From NCBI GenBank assembly GCA_977030845.1, contig OZ365119.1, positions 3,906,001 through 3,970,000 on the forward strand: 64,000 nucleotides of DNA, in the 5' to 3' direction. Under the pieces are notes generated by a model. That model was not told the origin of the DNA. It worked only from the letters and a program-made list of their open reading frames with translations, and made no database searches. The position numbers were made by a program, and so were the translations under genes. This DNA is from Fimbriosthenelais zetlandica. Lineage: Eukaryota. Below are positions 1-11,100 of this stretch, in pieces (positions within the stretch are counted from its first letter, which is position 1; each line of letters opens with the position of its first letter).

Positions 1-138
1 TACACTCAAAGATGAAAAATCAAATATTTACATTATGTGGATATTTAGATCCTCATAATATTAACTATTAGTTATAGTTATAGTTCGATTTATCATTGGT
101 TTTCCATCTGCGAGTGTCCCTTCTCATCCCAAGCATTT

Positions 139-806
139 GGTATGGGGCATGTAAAAGGTCAGCCATGTCTCCCACTGTCTGTGGTGAGAGGCATGTAAAA
201 GGCCAGTCATGTCTCCCACTGTCTGTAGTGTGAGGAATGTAAAAGGCCAGTCATGTCTCCCACTGTCTGTAGTGTGAGGAATGTAAAAGGCCAGCCATGT
301 CTCCCACTGTCTGTAGTGAGAGACATGTAAAAGGCCAGTCATGTCTCCCACTGTCTGTAGTGTGAGGAATGTAAAAGGCCAGCCATGTCTCCCACTGTCT
401 GTGGTGAGATGTATATTAAAAGCCAGACATGTCTCCCACAGCGCTCTCGTGAGAAGTATGTAATAAGTATGTAATAAGTCACATATGCCTCCCAATGTCT
501 GTGGTGAGAGGCATGTAAAAGGCCAGCGATGTCTCCCACTGTCTGTGGTGAGAGGCATGTAAAAGGCCAGCCATGTCTCGCACTGTCTGTAGTGAGAAGT
601 AGGCAAAAAAAAAACCAGACATGTCTCCCACTGTCTGTGGTGAGATGTATATTAAAAGCCAGACATGTCTCCCACTGTCTGTGGTGAGATGTATATTAAA
701 AGCCAGACATGTCTCCCACAGCGCTCTCGTGAGAAGTATGTAATAAGTATGTAATAAGTCACATATGCCTCCCAATGTCTGTGATGAGAGGCATGTAAAA
801 GGCCAG
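139..806. repeat. 44-bp minisatellite (about 15 units, with variant units) in the last intron of the channel gene
   Basis: CATGTCTCCCACTGTCTG recurs at 164, 208, 252 (44-bp period). A variant block near 400-540 recurs near 690-810. Confidence 0.95.
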
Positions 807-994
807 CCTGTACATGCGATATGACACTGGCTGGTGGCAAAACTGCGTCCTTAAATCTTTATTCAAAATTGAACTGAACCTTTTAAGTTTCTGTACGTTT
901 CAATTTGAATCGTGCCCATTAATATCAACATATTTAATCCAAAAACACTCAATTATTTCCAATATTTCTAACTCTCTGTCTCTTAATCTTCCAG

Positions 995-1641
995 GTGTAT
1001 ATCTCACTTGTACTATGGCTATCACGACGTTGGCGATGGTTGCGACAGTTTTCGTCTTGAACCTTTACGGCATGAAAGAAAAACCAGTCCCGCGCTGGGC
1101 TAAGAAAGTCTTCACTGTTTATGTGGCCCGCTTCCTGTGCATGTGCGACTGTGGCTCCCCATCCCCATCCTCCCGCCGCACAAGCGAGCCTTCTCACAAC
1201 ACAACAACCACGACACAACCAGACAACAACCGACATCGGTTTAAAATCGTTAACCACAACGCCACCCACTCCTCCATAGAAATGGACGATGAGAGAATGC
1301 CTCTAAGAGGCCATGGAGATGTGTGGCGAGAGAAGAACCCACAAGGTGGTGGGATCGAATCCGGACATTATCCTCGCCCGATTCAAAATCCTATGATTGG
1401 TCGCCGAGGTGGTGGGGGTGGAGGGGGGCTTGGGGCAGGGGGAGGCCCCCATGATAAAAAACCAGAGGAAAGTAAACCTGACTATGCCAAAGATTGGGTG
1501 CACGTGGCAGCTGTCTTTGATCGACTCTTTTTCTGGTTATGTCTAGTTTTTATTCTAATTACGACGTTAATTCTCTTCCATCCTCTCACGACAGCGAAAT
1601 ATTTCAGTGCTGCTCCTACAAAAAGTCCCGAGGCCAGGTAA
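995..1641 (+). CDS. Last coding exon of a nicotinic acetylcholine receptor-like Cys-loop ligand-gated ion channel subunit (M3, cytoplasmic loop, M4)
   Basis: Acceptor tcttccag ends at 994 (phase 1, G|VYL). M3 VYLTCTMAITTLAMVATVFVLNLY; M4 KDWVHVAAVFDRLFFWLCLVFILITTLILF; stop at 1641. Upstream exons lie outside the window. Confidence 0.9.
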
Positions 1642-2165
1642 CCTCTCAGCAACTTCACCCAGCTTTCTATCATGCCATCCACCGGCATGGGACAATGAAA
1701 GTTATGATTATTCTGGTGTTCCCCAAGGAAGTGTTTTGAGACCTGAACTACTATTATTATAACAATGCGCAACATGATACCCAGATTTGGGACAAAGTAG
1801 AGGTCTTGTTTTTTGGGTTATAACTTGGAATGGTGATCTGAGAATGATACTTACCTGGATTGTAGGATCACCCAATCAGAGTCTACTGATCATGACCGAT
1901 CATGAGCCCTGATCATGACTCGACATCCCATGATTCATCTCATTCGACGTTTTCTATGTTTCCAAAGGCAGCCGGTGCATCGAGCTGTGCTGCTGAAAAC
2001 TACTTTCACAACAAATAGGGGTGATCCACTGAGCTTACTTATCCTTACATATCCATACAGAACATTGTCTACCTTCATAAGAATATCTAGACACATCCAT
2101 ATATGGACTTTCTTAGATCAGGTCTTGCGTTTTCCATACGTTTTCTGACTCCCTGTGCAATCTTA

Positions 2166-2395
2166 AGCCCGACATCCACTGTACGATCTTTGGAAAAACA
2201 GATTTTTCTGATCGGCAAAGATCAAAATTAAATCGTTCGGGATCATTTCTCTATTGATTTACCATTGAAAAATCGGCGCTGATCCCAAGATTTTGACATC
2301 CACCAGCCCGATCGTATGTTTTTTGGGTCCCGGTCGCCTGTGATCGCTTAAGATCGCAAAATCGTGCTGAAAATCGGGCTGGTAGATGTCAAGCT
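2166..2395. mobile_element. MITE family B (GATC-rich, AGCCCGACATC termini)
   Basis: Imperfect TIRs AGCCCGACATCCAC / GTAGATGTCAAGCT flanked by TA; inverted homologue at 62034-62273. Confidence 0.8.
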
Positions 2396-5300
2396 TAAGG
2401 ATATGTAATGTAATGCAGCGAGTGGATCACCCATACAATTACCCTCACCATGTAGCCTTGCCAGAAAAAAAAAGAAACTAGATAAATCTGGCACCTATAA
2501 TTGTGATGGCTATATCAAATGATGGAGAGAATAATTATTCAGACCTTACACACACTGATGCATGGTTTCACATTAGCGTCCATCGAAAATTTCCTTTGTC
2601 TTAGCAAGGCCGGGCCTTGCATATCTGCCTATGTTCTCGAGCAATATTATCAAAGCTTCAGCTATTTCACAAAGGGGGCACGGGCAACTTGAGTTACTCC
2701 GTTAGAACTTATTCATTTCCTCTAGCCTTACTTCATAATTTATACACTCTCATAGAAACATGTCGAAGGCCTTTATGAAATCAATAAGTTCTAAATGGTA
2801 TCTTGTCTGATGTGATTCTCGTTGGATTGGACTAGGACAATTAATGTGTTATATGTCCAAAGTCCAAATTATGTCGAGACAATTGCAATTTAGGATGACT
2901 CGACAAGTGATATGTGCAGAAACCGTACTTATTGCTGCCAAATATACTAGTACATGTCCCTCAGACAACACTCCTGATCATAAAAAACTAAATATAATCA
3001 TCTATTCACTAAAAATGTCTCCTCATACTCGTAGGGAAAGTTTTGATGTCCTTTGTCCTGTCTGAAGTTGGTTCAAAAGATATCTAAGGATGTTAGTCTT
3101 ATCGATAAGATATATCTGTAAACAATTTTGATGGTTGAGGTGAGGTGCCTTTGTTGGCAAGGAATAATTTTTAGATCACTTGATTCAAGAAAACTGCTGC
3201 TTTCTCAAAACTTAAATCTTGACAAACTGGTATCTTTAGGGTATATATCATTCGGGGGCATCAAGGAAATCTTTTAGATCCTTATTATTTGATTGGGTCT
3301 GATTTAAGAAACAATATTTCATCGACAAAAGCTGAAGTGTCTAGATATATTATGGGTAGATACGTCATTTGGTAACTTTCTATTGAAGTGTACATTGCCG
3401 AAAGGCCCAACAAGAATATGCACTCTAATATCTATAATTATATATATCGTAAGACAATAATTTAACAAGTTGTACATATCCCCAGGTACATTGTCACAAT
3501 ATCATCGAGAAATAGATGTGCCTTAAGAAAGAAGTGTTAAATTTCAAACACAGATCTATTATATATAACTAGTAGACTGCCTTAACTTCATTGAGAAACC
3601 ACTGCTAACGAAATTAACGGGAAGTATTTTCTTTGTCATTGTAACAAATATGGTCTAAGTTAGTTCCAATAATATTTAAAACTGACCCTGAAAAAAGGGA
3701 CGTAAGGGTATTTACTTAGGTGGATTGTGGTCTGATTTTTTCCTGAAACATATGGGTCAGTGTCTGTGAAAAATTATTGTCCTGACCCCAAAACGGGTGT
3801 TTGTCTCAAATTGTGACAGGGTCAGGAGTGGGTGTCTGATACTAAATGAGTTTTGCAGAAGTCTTTTACTACTAAAGATAATTTCATTTGATATAGAAAT
3901 GAATCTAAATATATTTCATACTAGTCATCGGTATTAAGTTTATACATTCAGGTATTATCAAAAAAGGGTTGGTACAAATTTCATGAGGCGGAAAGAAAAT
4001 TCTCACTTTTTTTCAATTTTATTTAATAATTAATTTCCCCTTGTAAATGGTACACATTGTGTTAAACTATGCATCCATTCATATTTTCTAAAAAGCATTA
4101 GTATTTTCTACCAACCAGATATGATAATTTGGACTGGTAGTACATTGGTGTACATATACTTCAATACCGAATATTCACATTCGTTCTTTTCCTTTTGCAT
4201 TTGTTACTAACCCTATAGGTAGAGCAAATACAAAATGTTTTTAAGCCGGATAGAACTGTATGTCTGAAAGACTTTGTTACGATATCGCTGGTTTTTGTTG
4301 GTTACTTCAAAAGAGCTGGAATTGAAATGTAGGAATTGAAAGTGTGATATTTTGTTAGTTAGTTTTGGAGTATTCTTGAATTAATTTTTCGATGATTTGC
4401 TCAGTTGTGGCTAATTGGAGGCTTTGACTATGTTGCAATATGCCTGCAATCTTTGAAAAGTATGTCTTTTGACCACAAAAATATCTTAACTGGTTCATAT
4501 TTTAACTTGGGACTGCAGGTACTTATTACAAATTCAAGAAGATTACAAAAGTTAGTTTTTTGAAACCCATTCGAAAATGCATGATTCAAATAATTATGCC
4601 AGAGTAATTTTGTTAAGAGTCTATCTGTTTTAGTCCCACAAAATATTCATCAAGACATTTGTTACATTACCCGATTGTCATCCTTGAACATTGCTGTGTC
4701 CGATTTGCAATTTTATTCACAATTTAACAAGTTAAGGATGATTGTTTAATGCTCTCTCTCAGCTACTGATAATAATTATATCAACTGTCACACCATTTCT
4801 ACTGAAACAAACCAAACCAGTAGCCAGTCTATTATAGAGATACGAGATACGATAACACTGGCATGCATGATATATGAAAACATTCACATAACATATATAA
4901 CGTATGATATATATATATACATATTATAATTACAAGCCTTATCTTGCCATATCAAGAATATACCATTTTGATGGAGATTATGCCACTTGTTCATTCATCA
5001 GCATTTTCTGTATTTTTTTTCCTTTTTGATTTATCAAAGTAATATGTATCCCTGCACTATCTTGTCATGTACTAGCGAATGTCTCTCTATAGTGGCAGCT
5101 TCTTAACTGGGTCTTGTTCCATATTATCTGTTCCTCCTTATATGTTCTGTTATGTCCTGTGTGTTTCTTCGTAAGTTTTATTACAGAGTTCAGAAGTGTA
5201 CTTCGTACTTTGTTCACAAATCCCACTAATGTCCTGTCGCTGTGGACCAACATCTATCTCCTGCAAGTTCTACCCGCAAAAAGGTACAACCACAAATTAA

Positions 5301-6105
5301 TTTTCATCTTCCTACTAACCCAACTAATAATTATTGCTGACCTAAGCTTTATTGCATGACTGTTTACAAATTACTGACTTATTTCAACTTTTAAGTCTTC
5401 CTTTGGTCCCTGGAAAGACCACATACAACTGCTGTTTTGGTACTTTCCTCTTGTTTTTGAGGCTAAATGAAATAAACAACCTATACTTCCAATCGAACGG
5501 GTTGAAGCCCAGTGCCAAAGTGAGTTACAATGCACTACAAATTCCATAATCTCACAATAGCTTTCCAACGTACCATTTCAAAACGAAACTAGTCTATTTA
5601 AGCTAAAAAAAAAAGTCAAGATTTTAACTGTATTTTTCTTTTGTTGGTGCATGGTAACTTACTTTGGTTCTGCTTGCCCCATATTTGTGGATTTTCATAC
5701 CAGGTCTTCCCCCTGGTCTCGCATCTTTTGCTACATATATCCTTATGATTCATTATTTTTCATTGGGTAAACATGACTCATTTGTCAGTTTGTTGTGCTT
5801 AGATGACAAATACATTCGGCATTGGAAGAACATATTGTATGAAGATGAGACTATTGAATAAAGATATTAACACATAGTTAAGATGTTAAGTTACTGTTTT
5901 AAGTTAATAGATTTTAAGTCACAAGTGGTGGTTGCCAAATACAAAATTATTTGGTTTTAATCTGATCACTTGAGTTTTAAAAATCAAAAACACATATTGG
6001 TGACAACTCTCCTTGCCAAGAATAAAATAAGGTTGTCTTAAGGCAACTCGCACGTTCAGATTCTTAAGACTATAAGATGTTCTAAGATATAAGATGTTAT
6101 TCTTA

Positions 6106-6317
6106 AACCTGGAACACGATAATCCGATTCTTCAACCCTTCGCCATCCTAACCACAATTTCTAATGACATCCAATGATTGAAATTGAGTCAGTGGTTAGC
6201 CTTACCTAGGTGTAAAGGTCTGTTCGAATTAAAAACATTTGGTATGAATAAAAATATAGTTTCGGAGAGCTATCGAATGGAGGCAGATAAGAGAATCGGA
6301 TAAGTGTGCTCCAGGCT
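6106..6317. mobile_element. MITE family C (diverged copy)
   Basis: TIRs AACCTGGAACACGATAATCCGATTC / GAATCGGATAAGTGTGCTCCAGGCT; homologue at 53233-53443. Confidence 0.7.
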
Positions 6318-6771
6318 TATTAAACTCACTCATATTGCTAATATAAGATTTTGAGTTGAGGATACGGTTAATTACTTCTATAAATTGATAATTAAATAAA
6401 TTTCTTAAATAAGAATTTCATGACTACGAAATTGAGAATCCGACCATCTGTCGCCAACAGATTTCTTAACATGTTGCGTCGCAAATTGTGCTGGAATGAA
6501 GCTGGGACCAATACTGAAACAGAAACTATGTCATCATCATCATCATCATCCAGTGTTCGGACAGTTGAAAGTGAAACTCCTGTGTCATGGAAATTAGAAG
6601 CTGGCGGGAATGCGAAACTGTCCCGGGGATCGGGAAAGAGGACTGGCCCATGCTTGCTCACCAACAGCTCATGGGGGCCACTACCGTAAGTAAATATTTT
6701 TAATAAATTTAAGATAAGATCATATCAGATAAGATGTCCAGTTAAGTTGATACACTCTGGCCAGTGTTTCC

Positions 6772-7035
6772 CATAGGGTACTACAATTACCATAGGGTAT
6801 TGCACCACTATGGACTACCACACCTTTGATTTTTTTTTCAACGGGAGAATTTTTGTTGTTGAACACCTAATTACCATAGGGTATTGCAATTACCTTAGGG
6901 TATTGCACCACTATGGACTACCACTCCTTTGAATTTTTTTTATTGTTGGGGACATAATTTCCATAGGGTATTGCAATTACCATACGATATTGCACCACTG
7001 TGGACTACCACATCTTTGATTTTTTTTTCAACGGG
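6772..7035. repeat. Dispersed tandem-repeat family (TTACCATAGGGTATTGCA...GGACTACCACACCTTTGA units)
   Basis: Several imperfect units here and a second cluster at about 28750-29045. Absent at the equivalent position of the duplicated segment near 12100. Confidence 0.8.
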
Positions 7036-7847
7036 GTCAACACACTCGAGCATTTCTCTTAGTTGTTTGGGTCATAATAAAACAACTGAGAGAAAAGCTC
7101 TCGTGTGTTAACCCCTAAATAAAATGGCCATGATGACCCTGGTTGTTTTTGCATACTGTGCATTGCGTTGCCAAAAGGTGTAATTTCATAGAATTTTATT
7201 GCATGTATCGTACCTCTGTGGGAAGACTTGGAACAGATACTCTTAAGAGTATCCCCCCTCTCTCACATCCCCACTCTCTCTCTCGCATTATCATAAACTA
7301 CGTCCGCAGTAGCTGGTATCTAGAAACACTTAAGATTTTCCCTCCATCCCATCGAACGACTACCCCTCTCTTCTTGCCAAGACCTAATAATATAAATACC
7401 GGCGAAAACGACTTCCGACCTGACATTAGCTTTTAGTTTGGTGAACAACACAGTCCAAGTCACCTATCCCATTTTCTGGTGAGTACTATATAGTTTGCTT
7501 CTAGTTTTCTTGATTCACTATTCTCTGCCTTTGGGTTTGATTTCTCCAGAAATCGTAAACTAACAATTATATAAAAATATTTTGAAATAATTGTAACTAG
7601 ACAAAGAAGGCCTAAGGTATACCTGAAAGATTTTTTTAGATTGAAATTGTTTTTAACCTGACTAATCATTCCAAACAATTCTGCCTGTATTGAGATTGAC
7701 TTACTATCATTGAAGTGATTATGAGAATATATAAGATATATTTGATATATAATTCTTTTTCATTGTAACATTTTCAACCATCCAAATCACCTATCACCTC
7801 TTATCTTCAAATCTGAAATATCTAAAATGGAATTTATTTTTTTAGAT

Positions 7848-9422
7848 ATGTCTGGAAAGGAATTCTTCGAATTTGATCTGGAAATAAGTGACAATGAAAA
7901 AATAACAGTGAGGGTCTACAGTCCCAAGGACACTGGGGAAGAGATTCCTCGACTAACAGCCAAGCACAAGAAAAACAAACCCAACAAAAAAGATGTTGAT
8001 GTGAGTATGTTTATACAATTGTGTCCAGAATTGTAGATCAGTGCATTTTGTAAGGAGATTTTTTTGGGGGTTGGGGTGTGAGGAGGTTGGAGTTGGTGTC
8101 GGAGATGGGGAGGGTGGAGATGCTGGAGTTAAGCAGACTCATAATGCACCCCATGCATTTGGCTGCTGTTTCTTCCCCGTTGACAGCTTGCTAGTCTAAA
8201 CCCATCCAACTTAGTTTAGGAATGTGCCGATAGGAGAAAGCCAGACGACCTAATACACTGTCATGGCCTATATTCTGAGATAGAAAGACGGCAAGGGTCA
8301 GAGAGAGAATGTTTCCTACACCCAAAAATTAACCTGCTTTAAAAATGAAGTGTTCAAAGAATTTTGAAATATTTTGAACTCCAAGGGACCATTCAATATT
8401 TGAATCACTATGTAGCTCTAGATAAAGTTCATGGGTGTGTAGGGGTGTGTGTGTGTGGGGGGGGGGGGGGGCTGGTGGAGGGGGGGTGTGGTTATGTATT
8501 GACTGATTTGTAATCTGTTATAGCTAATCTAAAGTTCTTGGGGGCATGCATTTAGATATTAGTGATGTTTAACTAATTAACAAACTAATGAATACGGATG
8601 TACTAGTCTGGAATGAGGAATTGAACTGAATTTAAACCAAAATCAATGACAATGCACTGTTCATTTTTACAGGAACTCGTAGAACGATTGACTCCAGATC
8701 ACATTCGTCGGAAATTGAATCGTCAGGATACCATGGTCAAGAAAAGACAAAGCTCTCTCCGTATCGACAGCCAACGTGTCAACCGAGAATTCCGCAACAT
8801 CCACATCCAAGAAGGCGACCTCTCCTACGCCGTCGTCACTGTCGACCCAGCGGGACTACTTTGTTTTTTCTCCGACGAAAGCACCGAAGCTGACGAAGCG
8901 TTGAATCAATACATCCGAGATGGCCTCGAACTCAGCTTCAAAAGCAGTACCTACCATAGAATCAAAGTCACCGTTGAATACCTCAAAACACAGGACTGGA
9001 AGAAAAGTCGAAAATCGGCCAGGAAGAAAATCGACCAGGATGAAAAGAAGGAAAAGGATTTAGATGGCGGGGTCCAAGCTGAACGGTTTTATAGAGAAGT
9101 GCAGACAAGACAGTGGTCGACTGGGAAGACGCAGCGGCCAACTATACGTTGGTCAACACACAAGGGAATCCGGGCGGCGGTTAATGTATGGAGATGGTGG
9201 CATAATTTGAATCAAGACTTAGTAGAGAATATGCTTACAGTAGTTGGCCTGGGGGAATGCAGAGAAGATCCACCTTGCCCCGAATGTTCTTCGAAAATTA
9301 TAATTGGAAGATTTATTTTTTGGGTTATTTTTGCTTTTATTAATATTGGTATTTTGTTTAATTATATATATACAGCAATTGGCATAATTTGGACCTACAT
9401 AAGACAGGGGCCCTCATGCTAG
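7848..9422 (+). CDS. Unknown protein, copy 1 of a tandem pair (coding exons 7848-8000 and 8673-9422, about 300 aa)
   Basis: ATG conserved with copy 2; phase-0 donor GAT|gtgagt at 8000 and phase-0 acceptor ttacag|GAA at 8673; protein clearly homologous to copy 2. Upstream exon-like blocks (donors at 6686 and 7478) appear non-coding in this copy. Confidence 0.65.
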
Positions 9423-10469
9423 AACTCAATTTAACCTCTGGAACTTTCAACAAAATCGTGTAATGCTGTCTGGTTGGCAATATCCTGTGATCACAATAAC
9501 TTGATACTTTAGACCGTTTATACATCAAACCTGCCATGTGCCTTATTAACAGTTTCTTAACATTAGCTGGGTTATGCATTTCATCAACAGACAATGTTTC
9601 ATAATTAAATACAATCCTTATTGCACGGTTTTGCATAGACTGCAGTTTCTTTTGTTTATCCAATGTTAAATACACATAGAAAATATCACCATAGTCCAAA
9701 ATGGGTAGTATCGTGCTCTTATAAAGTTCAATCGCTACATGTGTAGTCAAAAGATATCTAATTTTTGCGAAAGTTTTTTAACTTCTCAGAAACTATGCCC
9801 ATGACCTTATGGAATTGATTAATACATGACAGTTTATTATCAATTAATAAACCCAGGTATAATTTACAGGTGACATTTTCTTCTAGTGGTGATTCACCAA
9901 CAAACACTGGTTTGAGAGCATCAATATTGGAGCCTTGCAAGTCGAGTCGTAATTGATCAATATATCTACACAAACTCCTAATATTTAAATGACAAAAAGT
10001 GAGAACCTTATGGCTCCCTGGAACTCTCAGTCCAGACATCCTAGCCCAAGATAAATAGTCTCCATCTCAATACAGATCCCTCTAAAATTATAACCATCAC
10101 ACAGATTCAAATGAATGACAAATAAATGACCACTACCAAAAAGTATTAAGTAAATCACTTGGATATAAGCAATAACTGAATTCAGTTTAATGGTTTGCTC
10201 CATTATAGATTGGTAGCCAAATACATGTAGCACGAACTAATAAAATATTAATATCGTCTTCATTTGTTTTCCTTTCTCTTTTTTAATATTTATATAGAGT
10301 CGTTCTTTGATAATCAGAAAGGATCTATATGTCTGCCATGCAGAGTAACCAATATGAGTAGCACATCAAGCCATTGTTACAGTTACTGTTCCTGTGTTGG
10401 GGGTGGGTGGGGTTGGGGGGGGGCTTCACTCAAGCCAGTATTACAGTTATTTTTGGGGTGGGGGGGTGG

Positions 10470-11100
10470 GGTCCTTCATTTCAACCAAGATTTCTCCCAG
10501 TTGGTTCTGTCCAGACCTCATTTTGCATGAAAACTGTACAATTTAGCCCCTATGCCAAAGCACCTGTCCATTGTAGCTTCACATATAGGTTTGTTCCCGA
10601 GTCCTGCTAATTTTAGTTGGAGATCTGGATGTTGAGCAAACTTTGCGTTGACAATATCAGTCATTACCCGAAGCTTCTTTGTTTCCCAGTCTACAGGCCC
10701 TTCCACTCTATCCCCCATCCTCTTGGTTTCAATTTTCTCAGCAGCTGCTGACTGTAAAGCCGGGACTCCACTGCTGCGATTTTGCTTGCGACACGTCTGC
10801 GACAAAGGTGATGCTTGTGTTTCAATGATCAATTTACCATTGGAGGACGGCCTTAAGGCCTTGGACACTTGAACCACAATTTATAAATTGTATTCTTACA
10901 CAACTTCACAAGCATCACCTTTGTCGCAGTAGTGTCGCAAGCAAAATCGCAGCAGTGGAGTCCCGGCTTTAATCCCCACCAAGAGCTGCTTTGGCACTCT
11001 GATAACAGATAGAAATGTCTTGTCTTTGAATTTGATGGGCACCTTTTGAAAGTTGCTTAGAATGAGTCTCCCGATTGGAAGTAGGCCTAAATTCCATGTT
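10470..11100 (-). pseudogene. NADAR (YbiA-like) domain at the 3' end of LINE ORF1, interrupted by a MITE and frameshifts
   Basis: Hand translation gives, in order: LSNFQKVPIKFKDKTFLSV; YQSAKAALGGD; TKRMGDRVEGPVDWETKKLRVMTDIVNAKFAQHPDLQLKL; ICEATMDRCFGIG; SGQNQLGEILVEMKD. Confidence 0.85.
10758..10968. mobile_element. MITE family A, 211 bp, about 62-bp TIRs, inserted in the NADAR coding region
   Basis: Perfect 37-bp TIR AGCCGGGACTCCACTGCTGCGATTTTGCTTGCGACAC extending with 2 mismatches; flanks gtaa/ttaa. Confidence 0.95.

Noticed and set aside
124-840. Minus-strand ORFs with repeated peptides
   Set aside because: By-products of the 44-bp minisatellite; no splice or homology support.
1847-1858. 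ATACTTACCTGG, identical to the U1 snRNA 5' end
   Set aside because: The downstream sequence does not continue as U1; it is equivalent to a minus-strand consensus donor or chance.
10518-10877. The 119-aa ORF as a stand-alone gene
   Set aside because: Its first 40 or so residues are read from the MITE; only the rest is real (NADAR fragment).
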